Source: an uncultured Acidobacteriaceae bacterium
GTDB lineage: Bacteria; Acidobacteriota; Terriglobia; Terriglobales; Acidobacteriaceae
Assembly (NCBI GenBank): GCA_963813475.1
Contig: CAWEZM010000024.1
Coordinates: 10,415 to 74,414 of the forward strand
DNA length: 64,000 nucleotides
Reading direction: 5' to 3'
Shown here: piece by piece, positions 1-9,483 of the stretch
Layout: the number at the start of each line of letters is the position of its first letter
How positions within the stretch are numbered: the first letter of the stretch is position 1
Translations under genes and position numbers: made by a program
The notes under the pieces: generated by a model
What the model was told of the DNA's origin: nothing
Seen by the model: only the letters and a program-made list of their open reading frames with translations
The model's database searches: none

Positions 1-669
1 GCCACGCGACGTGCGCCGATGGTTCTAACCGCGCCTACTTCCAAGGCTGCTGATGAGATCCGGGCATTGCGCAATTCTGTGGTGCTTGCGGGCCAGGCAA
101 AGACCTTGCTGGTGACGAGTGGGTCTCCTGAAGAGGGTGCACTTCCGGTGTCAGTAAACCTGGCAGTTCTTCTGGCCCACAGCGGCGCACGGGTTCTTCT
201 GGTCGATACCGATCTGCATAAACCCCGGGCTCAGGATGAGTTTGGCATCGATAACGGGCAGGGGCTGGGAGAGTATCTGGCAGGACATTCGCCAGCACCG
301 ATACCGATACGGCCTGTAGCACATCTTCAGAACCTCTTCATGGTGACAGGTGGTCATGCGCCTTTGAATTCATTTGAGCTGCTTAGCTCTGCGTTGCTGC
401 GCTCTCTTCTTGTGACCTGGAAGAAGGAATTCGATTATGTGATTTTGATTGGCACGCCTCTTCTGGTCACGAACGTTGGTGTTCTGCTGGCGAGCTGGGT
501 CGATGCGACGGTGCTACTGGCGCAGAACGGTCACTCGCGCGTGCGGGAACTGAAGGAGATTCGCGACACACTCCTGCGTAATCGCGCACGAATCCAGGGA
601 GTGGTGCTGAGCGAGACGCCGCACCAGCCGGGGAGTGAGAGCAAAGCTTCCCGGCTAAGGAGACCCGTT
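1..669 (+). CDS. 3' part of a Wzc/EpsG-type chain-length-determinant/BY-kinase protein (gene starts upstream of the window); P-loop motifs degenerate
   Basis: Frame 1 is open from nt 1. The layout is MinD/BY-kinase-like: LLVTSGSPEEGALPVSVNLAVLLAHSGARVLLVDTDLHKP (Walker A/A' region) and FDYVILIGTPLLV (Walker B region, nt 430-468). There is no stop codon before the ATG of the next gene at 670, so the 3' end is uncertain. Confidence 0.6.
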
Positions 670-1679
670 ATGTCTATCCGGAAATGGCCAAAAACGCGCA
701 GGCGGCGGACTAACTTGCGAAGGTTCGCAGCAATCATCCTAGCTGGCGCAGCCATCCTAGTCCCGTCTGGTCAACGGAGTTCCACAGCGTTTGCGCAAAC
801 AGCAAATGAGGCTTCGAATGCCACACCGGTACTTCAGTCTCGTCCGGAGACGGGGCTCCGCGTTGGAGTCGGTGACATGGTACAGGTGACAGTGTTTGAC
901 ACGCCCGAACTCTCGGCGAAGTTGCGCGTGAATGCAGACGGCACCGTAGAACTTCCCGTTGCCGGCAGCACTCCGGTGTCGGGTATGACGCCGCAGGACG
1001 CCGGCGACGCTATCGCCAAGCATCTGAAGGACGCTCAGATCATGCTTGATCCCAGGGTCACGGTGACGATCGCAGACTATGCGACGCAGGAGGTCAGTGT
1101 ATTGGGCGAGGTGAAGAACCCTGGCAACTATCTCCTTCTCGGCCCTCACTCTCTGTATAATGCGTTATCTGCCGCTGGTGGCACGACGGAGAAAGCAGGC
1201 GGAGACATCATGATCACCCACCTGGCTGATCCGCAGAAGCTTGAAACAGTTCACGTGGACTCCCCGAACTATTCGCAGCAGTCCAACGTCTCACGAATGT
1301 AACCGGAGGGGATGTTATCTATGTCTCGCGTGCGGGTTCGGTGTATGTCTTGGGCGATGTTACGCATCCCGGAGAGTTTTCGATGGGAAGCAAGCGGCTG
1401 ACAGTGCTGCAGGCAATCGCGCTGGCGCAGGGAACGAATGTGGACGCTGCGCTCTCGCGAGCCTCGATCATTCGTAAGACGGACGATGGCGAAAGGGTCA
1501 TTCCGGTTGACCTCAAGCGCGTGGCAAAGACAGCGGAGGGCGATCAGGTGCTGACCGCAGAGGACATCGTCGTGGTCCCCCACAGCAGGGGCAGGGCATT
1601 CGTCGACGCGACTCTTCCCGCGTTGACGGCAAGTGCCGTCGGATCGGCTTTTGCGGCGATGATTCTTCTAGGTCGATAG
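670..1679 (+). pseudogene. Polysaccharide export protein (Wza/EpsE-like, Poly_export + SLBB repeats) with a reading-frame break near 1285-1300
   Basis: ATG 670 lies 7 nt after AAGGAG (657-662). The N-terminus is basic then hydrophobic (MSIRKWPKTRRRRTNLRRFAAIILAGAAILV). Poly_export-like GVGDMVQVTVFDTPELS..VNADGTVELPVAGSTPVSGMTPQDAGDAI and SLBB-like VSVLGEVKNPGNY are present. Frame 1 stops at 1300-1302. The expected continuation GGDVIYVSRAGSVYVLGDVTHPGEF.. runs in frame 0, which is open from 1245 to 1679. Confidence 0.7.
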
Positions 1680-1695
1680 GGAGGATCGAACCGAT

Positions 1696-3174
1696 ATGGG
1701 CCGTGAGCTCGTCATGTCGGGTCTTCGCAGGGAGACCGAGTTGATCTGGATGTGGCTTGGGGGCGCCCTGCTCGTGATTGTGTTATGGGCCATGCTGATT
1801 GCAGAGCAGGTAAATCTTCTCTGCGCCGTTGTCATCGCGATACCGCTGCTTCTGCTGGCGGTGTACGACAAGGAGTCCGCAGTGCTGTGGACTCTCGCCT
1901 ATCTTATTCTGCTCGGGGACATACGACGGATCGTTGCCGAGATTGCTGCACCCTCGACCTTCGATCCTTTGCTTCTGATAGCCCCAGCGGTCACTATGGT
2001 CCTTGTGGTTCCATTGCTGTTTGGCTTGAGGCTGAGAGAGCCACTGTCGAAGGCGGTGTTTGGACTGCTGGTTGTCATGGGACTGGAAGTTCTGAATCCC
2101 AAGCAGGGCAGCCTGAGCATCGGTCTGTCGGGCGCGTTTTTTTACATCATTCCCGTGATGTGGTTTTGGATTGGTCGTAGCCTGGGATCTGTCGCGCTGG
2201 TGGAGACAATCATCTACAAGGTGGTGCTTCCGCTGGGTATCTGCGCCGGGATCCTCGGACTGTGCCAGAACTTCATCGGATTCCTACCTTATCAGCAAGC
2301 GTGGATCGCTGAAGTGGGAAGGACCTACACCTCGCTGTACGTAGGCTCGTCAGTGCGGGCGTTTGGATTCTCCGTGTCAGCCGCGGAATATGCGACGCTG
2401 CTTGAGTACTCTATTGCTTTGGTCGTGGCAGCATCCTTCGCATTACGTCGCCTTTGGATGGCTGCTGTGCCGATTCTCGCGACGGCTCTCCTTCTCTCAG
2501 GCGGCAGGGGATTGACGATCAAGCTTGTGGTCGCGCTCTGTGTCCTTTGGATTGTGCGCAAGGGAAGCAGGTTTAATCCGGCAAAGGTGATTGGGATGGC
2601 AGTGTTGGGTGGCTTGGCACTCGTCAGTGTCTCTTTGATCGCGGGACAGTTTGCGAAATCCGCCGATGCGGGACAGCGCGGTGGTTCAGCCGCTCAGGAT
2701 GGTCTCGCACATCAACTAGGCGGCCTGGCTCATCCCTTCGACAAAAAATATTCAAGTGCCGGGTTGCATTCCAACATGGTGACGACGGGCTTTCTGGAAG
2801 GATTTACAAGCCCGCTGGGACATGGACTTGGCTCAAGTACCTTTGCTGCTAAGAAGCTCGGCACCGAAACCGAAGGGGGCAGCTCCGAGCTGGACTTCAG
2901 CGACATGTTTATCTCGCTTGGGCTGGCGGGAGGCCTTCTTTACCTCGGTGTGGTCGGCTTCGGTATGCGTGCCGCCTTCAGTTATTTTCGCGAAAGAAAA
3001 CGAAGCGTCGGGCTGCCGGTGCTTGCGATTCTGATTGCAACGCTGGGCGGCTGGCTCATTCAGGGCCAGTACTCTACTTGTTCTCTCGTTTTCTTTATTT
3101 TGGGAAGCGTCGTGCATCAAAGGCAAACTAGCGGCGAGAGAGTGTGGAACCGAAGTATCGAGTGCACAGTTTAG
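1696..3174 (+). CDS. O-antigen ligase/polymerase-like (Wzy_C-type) polytopic membrane protein
   Basis: 492-aa ORF, hydrophobic throughout with 10 or more predicted helices. It has a Wzy_C-like loop LLLSGGRGLTIKLVVAL and GGGAGGA upstream of the ATG. It sits in a polysaccharide locus. Confidence 0.55.
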   Translation: MGRELVMSGLRRETELIWMWLGGALLVIVLWAMLIAEQVNLLCAVVIAIPLLLLAVYDKESAVLWTLAYLILLGDIRRIVAEIAAPSTFDPLLLIAPAVTMVLVVPLLFGLRLREPLSKAVFGLLVVMGLEVLNPKQGSLSIGLSGAFFYIIPVMWFWIGRSLGSVALVETIIYKVVLPLGICAGILGLCQNFIGFLPYQQAWIAEVGRTYTSLYVGSSVRAFGFSVSAAEYATLLEYSIALVVAASFALRRLWMAAVPILATALLLSGGRGLTIKLVVALCVLWIVRKGSRFNPAKVIGMAVLGGLALVSVSLIAGQFAKSADAGQRGGSAAQDGLAHQLGGLAHPFDKKYSSAGLHSNMVTTGFLEGFTSPLGHGLGSSTFAAKKLGTETEGGSSELDFSDMFISLGLAGGLLYLGVVGFGMRAAFSYFRERKRSVGLPVLAILIATLGGWLIQGQYSTCSLVFFILGSVVHQRQTSGERVWNRSIECTV

Positions 3175-4115
3175 CCGAAGATAAGATCGCGAAATGCCTC
3201 GAACTTGCCTTGCTGAGCCAGGTAGAAGCGGCGCCACGAAGCTCCACGAAGTCTTGGTGTAAATCGTAGAGCTTGAACGAATCCAGGGCACACGCCGGTG
3301 CCGACAAGAATCGTCCACGTGACGAAAGCGATCTTACGTATCCCTTTCAAGGCGAGCCAGATCGACAAGATATCGTTGTAAGCAAATTCGCGGAACGATT
3401 TTTCGTCCTTCAAAGCCTGGACATCGACATAGTACCGCGCCTCCTCGCGCTCAGCGGCGTAATGATCGACGGCAGCGGCGGGGTCATAGGCCAGCTTCCA
3501 GCCGGAGGCTTTTACGGCGATGGAGAACGCGGTATCTTCGCGTGGTTGAGCTCCGTTGCCCTTAAGTCTTTGATCGAAGCGTAGGTTGGCGAAGGCCTCA
3601 GAACGGAAGCTCATGTTGGCTCCCTTCAAGAAGTCGACCTCGCGGATGTCCCCGAAACCGAGATGATGATTACCGATCATTCGACCATACCACTGGATCC
3701 GGCCGACTACCGTGGCCTGGCGGTCGTCGAATTGGTGACCATCGAAGCAGCGATCACGTCCTCCTAGTCCTCCGAGCGCAGGATCTTCCTGAAAGCGAGC
3801 AAGAACTCGTTGGAGCCACTCCGGGTGTGGCTTGGTATCGTCATCGAGAATGGCCAGCACGTCAGAGGTGCAGGCATCCAGGCCCGCGTTCCTGGCGGCG
3901 ACAGTTCCAGGAAGATTAGTAAAAACGATCTTCGAAGGAAAAGGAGTTAGAAGGTTCGTTATTGCCTGCCTGGTTTCAGAGTCATCGTTTCGCAGTACGA
4001 CGATCACCTCATGAGGTGGATGAATCTGCTGGGTCAGAGATCGGAGGCAGGTCACGAGCGGCACTGGCCTTCTATAAGAGGCGATCAGCACACCGATGGA
4101 TTCAGGTGTTTTCAT
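3171..4115 (-). CDS. Family 2 glycosyltransferase
   Basis: N-terminal GT-A signature IGVLIASYRRPVPLVTCLRSLTQQ..EVIVV.NDDSE and the acidic motif AILDDDT. Its 3' end overlaps the convergent Wzy-like gene by 4 nt. Confidence 0.85.
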   Translation of the reverse strand: MKTPESIGVLIASYRRPVPLVTCLRSLTQQIHPPHEVIVVLRNDDSETRQAITNLLTPFPSKIVFTNLPGTVAARNAGLDACTSDVLAILDDDTKPHPEWLQRVLARFQEDPALGGLGGRDRCFDGHQFDDRQATVVGRIQWYGRMIGNHHLGFGDIREVDFLKGANMSFRSEAFANLRFDQRLKGNGAQPREDTAFSIAVKASGWKLAYDPAAAVDHYAAEREEARYYVDVQALKDEKSFREFAYNDILSIWLALKGIRKIAFVTWTILVGTGVCPGFVQALRFTPRLRGASWRRFYLAQQGKFEAFRDLIFG

Positions 4116-4160
4116 GATGATGATTCCAGAGACGGCGTGGTGAGTTGATTTCAGGGCCTG

Positions 4161-5363
4161 CTATGCAGCGTGCTCGATTAACTCGTTGTAAACTTCAGCG
4201 GTTCGAAGAGCCATGAGGCGTGAATTGAACCTGCGTTCGATATATTCGCGACACTCCTCTCGAGCTGGAAGTCTAAGGGTACCGGTAAGAGTACCGATCA
4301 AACCGTCGGCTAGATCTGTTGCCTTCGTACCTGAGAAGATCAGGTTCTGCGAGAGTCCGCCCACCACTTCGGGCAAGCCACCCACGGGAGTAACCATGGA
4401 GGGGGTCCCAGCTGCCATCGCTTCTGCTGCCACGAGACCAAATCCTTCCAGCGCAATTGTCGGAACCACGTTGATGTCGGCCGCGTAGAAGAGGTGTGGC
4501 AGAGCTTCTTCTGTGACAAACCCCATGAACCGGATGTTGCGCATCAGGCCACGCCTCTCAGCCTGGGCTTGAAGAGACCGTTTCAGTGGTCCCTGACCAG
4601 CGATGCAAAGAAGCACGTCGGGAACGGCGGCGGCTACATATGTCATGGCATCGATCAGCGATGACAAGCCCATTCGATTTACAAGCCGTCGCACGGTAAC
4701 CAGGACGGGGCGGTCTAGAGGAAGGTCCAGCGTAGTCCTGGAGTCGTTTCGAGGAGTATCCAGGGCGAAGCGCTTTGTGTCCACTGAGCCGGGAACCAGC
4801 CTCACCTTGTCGGGATCGACGCCGTATCGAGTGGTGACCAGGTCCCGAAAAGCGTTCGATAGGACGATGACTCGATGGGAGCGCCTGTACACGGCTGCTT
4901 CAAGGTATGATTTCACAGCGACCGAGGTGTTTCCGTCCCCCTCCTGCAGCGATTCTTCCGACCAGGGACCATGAAAGTGGGAGATGGTGAGTGTGTCCTT
5001 TAGATAGTCGATGCCGGGAGCGGAATACATCGCAAAGTGGGATGCGACGATTTCCGGCCTGAACTCATCGATGGCAGCTCGAATCGAGGTGCGTGCGCTG
5101 TGGAGCCTTCGAATCAGGCCGGCCCGTTGCGGTGCGAAAGAGTGGACGGTGCTCTGATCTATGGGGTTGTTCGGTCGGTTGGCCACAATGCCTCTGAAAC
5201 CAAAGCCGGCGTCCGGAAGGTGAGTCATCAGCTCCGAGATCACGCGTCCCGCGCCGCCACGGTCACACTCGATGCCGATATGCAACGACATGGGATGCTG
5301 TGTTGTTTGAGGTGATGGTTCAGCTGTTGTCATTTGCATCCAAGGCCTCCGAAAATACAGCAA
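4161..5363 (-). CDS. GT4 (GT-B fold) glycosyltransferase
   Basis: C-terminal GT1/GT4 motif EGFGLVAAEAMAAGTPSMVTPVGGLPEVV. A more likely start is the ATG ending at 5291 (MSLHIGIECDRGGAG..). Confidence 0.85.
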   Translation of the reverse strand: MLYFRRPWMQMTTAEPSPQTTQHPMSLHIGIECDRGGAGRVISELMTHLPDAGFGFRGIVANRPNNPIDQSTVHSFAPQRAGLIRRLHSARTSIRAAIDEFRPEIVASHFAMYSAPGIDYLKDTLTISHFHGPWSEESLQEGDGNTSVAVKSYLEAAVYRRSHRVIVLSNAFRDLVTTRYGVDPDKVRLVPGSVDTKRFALDTPRNDSRTTLDLPLDRPVLVTVRRLVNRMGLSSLIDAMTYVAAAVPDVLLCIAGQGPLKRSLQAQAERRGLMRNIRFMGFVTEEALPHLFYAADINVVPTIALEGFGLVAAEAMAAGTPSMVTPVGGLPEVVGGLSQNLIFSGTKATDLADGLIGTLTGTLRLPAREECREYIERRFNSRLMALRTAEVYNELIEHAA

Positions 5364-5384
5364 ATAAGATCGATGAGTTATGAA

Positions 5385-6554
5385 TCAAGCCACAATCCGC
5401 ACCGGGGTCGGATGCTTCTGCTCCAAGACGTCCTCGAAGATGCGGAGATACTGATCAGCCATGGTTGACCACTGCATCTCGAGCGCCCGACGTCGTCCAG
5501 CGGTGCCCATTGACGAACGTAGGGCAGGATCAGTGGCCAGAGTCCTCATGTATACGGCCAGAGTTTTGTCATCGTCCGGATCATCCAAAATGAATCCTCC
5601 TCCACCGATAAATTCGTCCGCAGCGAAAGTCCCGGAGACGATGCTCGGCAGACCCGATGCCATTGCCTCGAGCAGCACAAGAGGGTGGGCCTCGTAACGC
5701 GAAGGGAGGACAAACATGTCGACAGAGCGCATAAGAAGGTCGATCGTTTTGACCTGACCGAGGAAGTGGATCCGCTGGTCCACACCAAGCTCGCGCGCCA
5801 ACGCAGGATATGGGCTCCGTTCCACCGCGCCGGCTACAACAAGGGAAAGATCGGGGACCTGTCGCATGGCTCGAAGCACTGTGTCCAGATTCTTCCGCGG
5901 TGTTCTGATGTCGCCCACGAATAGCGCGAATGTGGTTTCAGGCGAGAGCCCAAAAGACTGCCGGTGTGATTCCCCGGGATGAAACTGTCTTGTATCGACA
6001 CCGTTCCAGACGACATTGATGTTGTCGGCGCGAACACCAATGTCGGTAAGCTGGGAAACGAGTGGTCTGGCTACGGCAATGACCCGCTTCGCACGAGTGA
6101 AGGCATCCTTCTCCCAACGGGTATTCAGCACGGTGTAGAGCCGGTGGTAAAGCGAGTACGGCCGCAGATTCCTGAAGGGATACCAAGGGCTCCTTCCCCA
6201 GGCTGCATGAACAAAGTGTGCTGCGACAACATCACACGGTTCCCAAGTTACAAAACCGTTTGCCTTGATGATGTCGAACTCGTGCCGATGTGCGCGGAGC
6301 CACTGTGCGCTTCCCTGTGCATAGACCAGGTTGCGCAATAATTCGGTGGGCAATTGGTCGTTGCCGATCTTTACGAAGCGACAACTTGGATGTGAACTAA
6401 GTTCTTCCGAACAAGCCGTGGCCACGATAGTCACGTGGTGGCCGGCCCGCAGAGCGGCATTCGCAACCTCAAAGTTCACTCGGCCCTGACCGTCGTTGCG
6501 TTTAAAACGATGCGACAGGATGGCGAGACGGATGGGTTGTGATCGACGGTCCAT
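5385..6554 (-). CDS. GT4 glycosyltransferase
   Basis: Motif SRYEAHPLVLLEAMASGLPSIVS and N-terminal IRLAILSHRF... Same strand as the neighbouring GT genes and tightly packed with them. Confidence 0.85.
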   Translation of the reverse strand: MDRRSQPIRLAILSHRFKRNDGQGRVNFEVANAALRAGHHVTIVATACSEELSSHPSCRFVKIGNDQLPTELLRNLVYAQGSAQWLRAHRHEFDIIKANGFVTWEPCDVVAAHFVHAAWGRSPWYPFRNLRPYSLYHRLYTVLNTRWEKDAFTRAKRVIAVARPLVSQLTDIGVRADNINVVWNGVDTRQFHPGESHRQSFGLSPETTFALFVGDIRTPRKNLDTVLRAMRQVPDLSLVVAGAVERSPYPALARELGVDQRIHFLGQVKTIDLLMRSVDMFVLPSRYEAHPLVLLEAMASGLPSIVSGTFAADEFIGGGGFILDDPDDDKTLAVYMRTLATDPALRSSMGTAGRRRALEMQWSTMADQYLRIFEDVLEQKHPTPVRIVA

Positions 6555-6597
6555 TGTTGCCTCTCTCCATCTCGGGCGTTAAGCGACAGCGGGTTGT

Positions 6598-7755
6598 TTA
6601 GCGAGCTGTGAAACAGGTTGATTTAGCACAGCACCGTAGGCCTGCATCAGGCTGTACTCTCATGCGTTCTATGCCGAACAAGCTCTCTACCTGTGACCGC
6701 CCAAGACCGCCCGTTGCAACCGACAGGTCCGGATCGTTTAGCAGCTTAAGGATCAGTTCTGCAGCCAGGGTCGTGCGGTCGCGCGGATAGAGCCACTCGC
6801 CGAACCTGCGCTGCATAATGTCGCGTGTCCCGGTCACGTCCGAGGCGACGACGGGCCGCTCCATGGCAAGAGCCTCAGCCGCCACATAGCCGAAGCTCTC
6901 GAACCTGGAGGTGCTCAGAAGGACATCGGCGGCAGCAATGTAGAGGCGTACGTCACGCTGCCATGGAACGACGCGGACCACATCCTGCATCTGCGCAGCA
7001 GCGATCTCGCTGAGAAACTCAGCCTCCCCCTCGCCTTCCCCGGATCCCACCCATATTGCCCGAACATCAGGTTACCGTGCATGCAAGTGTTCCATCACGC
7101 GAAGGAAGGCGATAGGATCTTTCTGCGCCGTGAGACGGCCAATCGCGAGGATGAGTGGGCTCGAGCCGATACCAAGCGCCTGGCGCGCATTGTGTCGCGA
7201 CGAGGGGTGAAAGTGTCTGACGTCCACCGAGGGATAGACGACGCTGACGGAGTCCTCTGTCGCGAGTGAGAAATCGAGGATCTCTTTGCGTTCGGTGTCT
7301 GACACAGCAACAAATCTCTCGGTGGACTTTGCGAGTAATTTCTCGATTTTCAGGTAAATGCTCCCCAGCGGTGCTGCGAGGGCGTGTGGGCTGTAGACAC
7401 GCGCCGGGTGCTCCCTTCGCAGGAACACAGACGCGCGGCCGAGCGCGCCTGCCTTCGAGCTGTGGCAGTGGATGATATCCGGAGCGAAGTGATCTACCGC
7501 GCAGCGCAGCTGAAACCAGGCCTTGAGATCAGTCCAAGGACTTACTTCGCGTCTCATATCGACGGGATAACAGGTCCATCCAAGGTTTGAAATTCGTTTT
7601 AAAAAGGGCCCCAGATGCGAGTCGGCTCGTGCGGTGCCGTAAGCGAACGCTGATACGATGTCGAGTCCGTCGGTCGCTTCTGCAATGTTTTCCATGTAGC
7701 GCAAAGTGCCCCCAAGAGTGGCTTCGAGCACATGAAGTACTCTGAGTGGTCTCAT
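6598..7755 (-). pseudogene. GT4 glycosyltransferase interrupted by a single in-frame TAA (7072-7074)
   Basis: The N-terminal half is MRPLRVLHVLEATLGG...LILAIGRLTAQKDPIAFLRVMEHLHAR. Then comes TAA, and the same frame continues PDVRAIWVGSGEGEGE...SRFESFGYVAAEALAMERPVVASDVTG. The ORFs 7072..7926 and 6598..7050 are in one frame, separated only by this stop. Confidence 0.75.
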
Positions 7756-7934
7756 GGGGGATACCGTCTCGTGATTACCCGACACGCTGGACCTCCACAG
7801 GTAGAGTAGGGAACTTATCTGCGATCGTCTGGGTCGTGACAATCTTCTGGTAGATGACTTCGAGTGAGGAGACATGAGCGTTAAGAGAGCAGTAGTTGCT
7901 TGACCAGAAACGTTCGTAAGCTCCACGGCTCAGA

Positions 7935-9047
7935 CTACGAACAAGGTCTACATCCTGCAGTCTGCTTCATCTTGGCGCGTAGATCGAGTTCATCTCCTGA
8001 CTTGAAGTGCAGGCCTGTAACACCGTCCACGACGATCTCCCGCGCCGCACTCGTATCCGGAACCAGTGACGGAATACCGTGAGCTGCAGCTTCGAGTACG
8101 ACGAGACCGAGCGTCTCGTACCACAGTGAAGGAAAGACCAGTGCGCGTGCTTGTCGAAGGTACTGCACGCTCGTTGCATGGTCCACCCATCCGGTGACGA
8201 TCGCTTCTGGATATGCAGCTTGAATCTGCTCAGCGAGAGGGCCGGAGCCAACGAAGGTCAGCGGAACAGCTTCGGCCGCGGCAGCCCTGGCCGCAAGAAG
8301 CACTCCTTTCTCTCTGACCAGCCGGCCGAGATATACGAGATTGTGGTTGGTCTCCGGCTGGGCCGGGGGGTACTGGGTGCCTTCGACATAGATCGGAAGG
8401 CTATGGACCGTGCAATCCTGGGGAAGATAGGGCTTCATGACTTCCCCCGCCAGCCTGGAATGCACGATAAAGTGGTTTATTCCGGCGGGAGCATTGCCCA
8501 TTTGCTTCTGGATGACTTGCCTGCCAACACGACAAAGCTTCTGTGGATAACTGCGAGTGTCGCAGTTGGTGAGAATGCACGCCGCGCTTAACGGACGCAA
8601 GTGGCATAACTGCTGCTGCGTGTGATTGAAAAACGTCCCGCTTGGGCACGCGAGCATGAAGTCGTGCAACGTACAGACGACGGGTATACCAGAGTCAATG
8701 GCAGCCCTAATCGCACTGGATGATAGAGCGCGCGACCAGGTATGCAGGTGTACGATTACCTCTGAGCCCTTCAGGCGCCGGACGATTCGGCGGATTATTT
8801 GTGCGGCCCTGGTGTTCCACCAACCCTGGACGAATGCCGCCGCGGGGTTGGGATTGGCGAGAATATCGTCCTGATGCGAGCAGCGGATAATGATGTTGGG
8901 ATGAATCAGCTCCTGTGCGATGGGTTCTACCGCGCAGACGTAGTAGACCTTATGCCCGCAATCTGCTAAACCCACAGCCTCCTGGATCGCAACCTTGGCT
9001 GCTCCTCCGTTGACATGGGCGTTGTCGTTGATGATTACTACATTCAC
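7935..9047 (-). CDS. GT4 glycosyltransferase
   Basis: N-terminal MNVVIINDNAHVNGGAAKVA and C-terminal FPSLWYETLGLVVLEAAAHGIPSLVPDTSAAREIV. Confidence 0.85.
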   Translation of the reverse strand: MNVVIINDNAHVNGGAAKVAIQEAVGLADCGHKVYYVCAVEPIAQELIHPNIIIRCSHQDDILANPNPAAAFVQGWWNTRAAQIIRRIVRRLKGSEVIVHLHTWSRALSSSAIRAAIDSGIPVVCTLHDFMLACPSGTFFNHTQQQLCHLRPLSAACILTNCDTRSYPQKLCRVGRQVIQKQMGNAPAGINHFIVHSRLAGEVMKPYLPQDCTVHSLPIYVEGTQYPPAQPETNHNLVYLGRLVREKGVLLAARAAAAEAVPLTFVGSGPLAEQIQAAYPEAIVTGWVDHATSVQYLRQARALVFPSLWYETLGLVVLEAAAHGIPSLVPDTSAAREIVVDGVTGLHFKSGDELDLRAKMKQTAGCRPCS

Positions 9048-9483
9048 AGAAATTCCTTATCGTGTGCCCATCCGGCGGAGCAGGACAGCATCGTTACGGG
9101 GCCCTGATTGTCGGCTGGCCGCATCGCTTCAGCGGCAATAGAGGTGGCGGTGCTGAGAGCCGGGTTAGGTGAAGTTGTCGTGTGTATCCCGTCTGTGCTT
9201 CATATCTATCGTGGGAACCGGCCGGACAGCAAGGATAAAGAGCCGGTCTGTGTGCTATAGGCGACAGGCTGACTTCATGAAGATGCACAGGCAGTATTGC
9301 AGGATGTTGCAGTCGCCACTTAGACACTTAGAGGGACTCGTCAGAACTGGTGATTGTGGGCGTTAGCCGATTCTCTGGCGTGTGCAAGCTGGTAGTTGTA
9401 AGTTAGAGCACCGTCCTTAGTGACGATGGTTGTACCCACGGTGAGCAGAGTCACTCTGCCCCGCTGTAGAGCACAACCTGATC

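Noticed and set aside
7072-7074. Programmed stop-codon read-through or recoding at the GT4 TAA, and programmed frameshifting at the six frame breaks
   Set aside because: I saw no slippery heptamers, downstream pseudoknot-like structures or recoding signals at these sites. Simple mutation or sequencing error is the more economical explanation.
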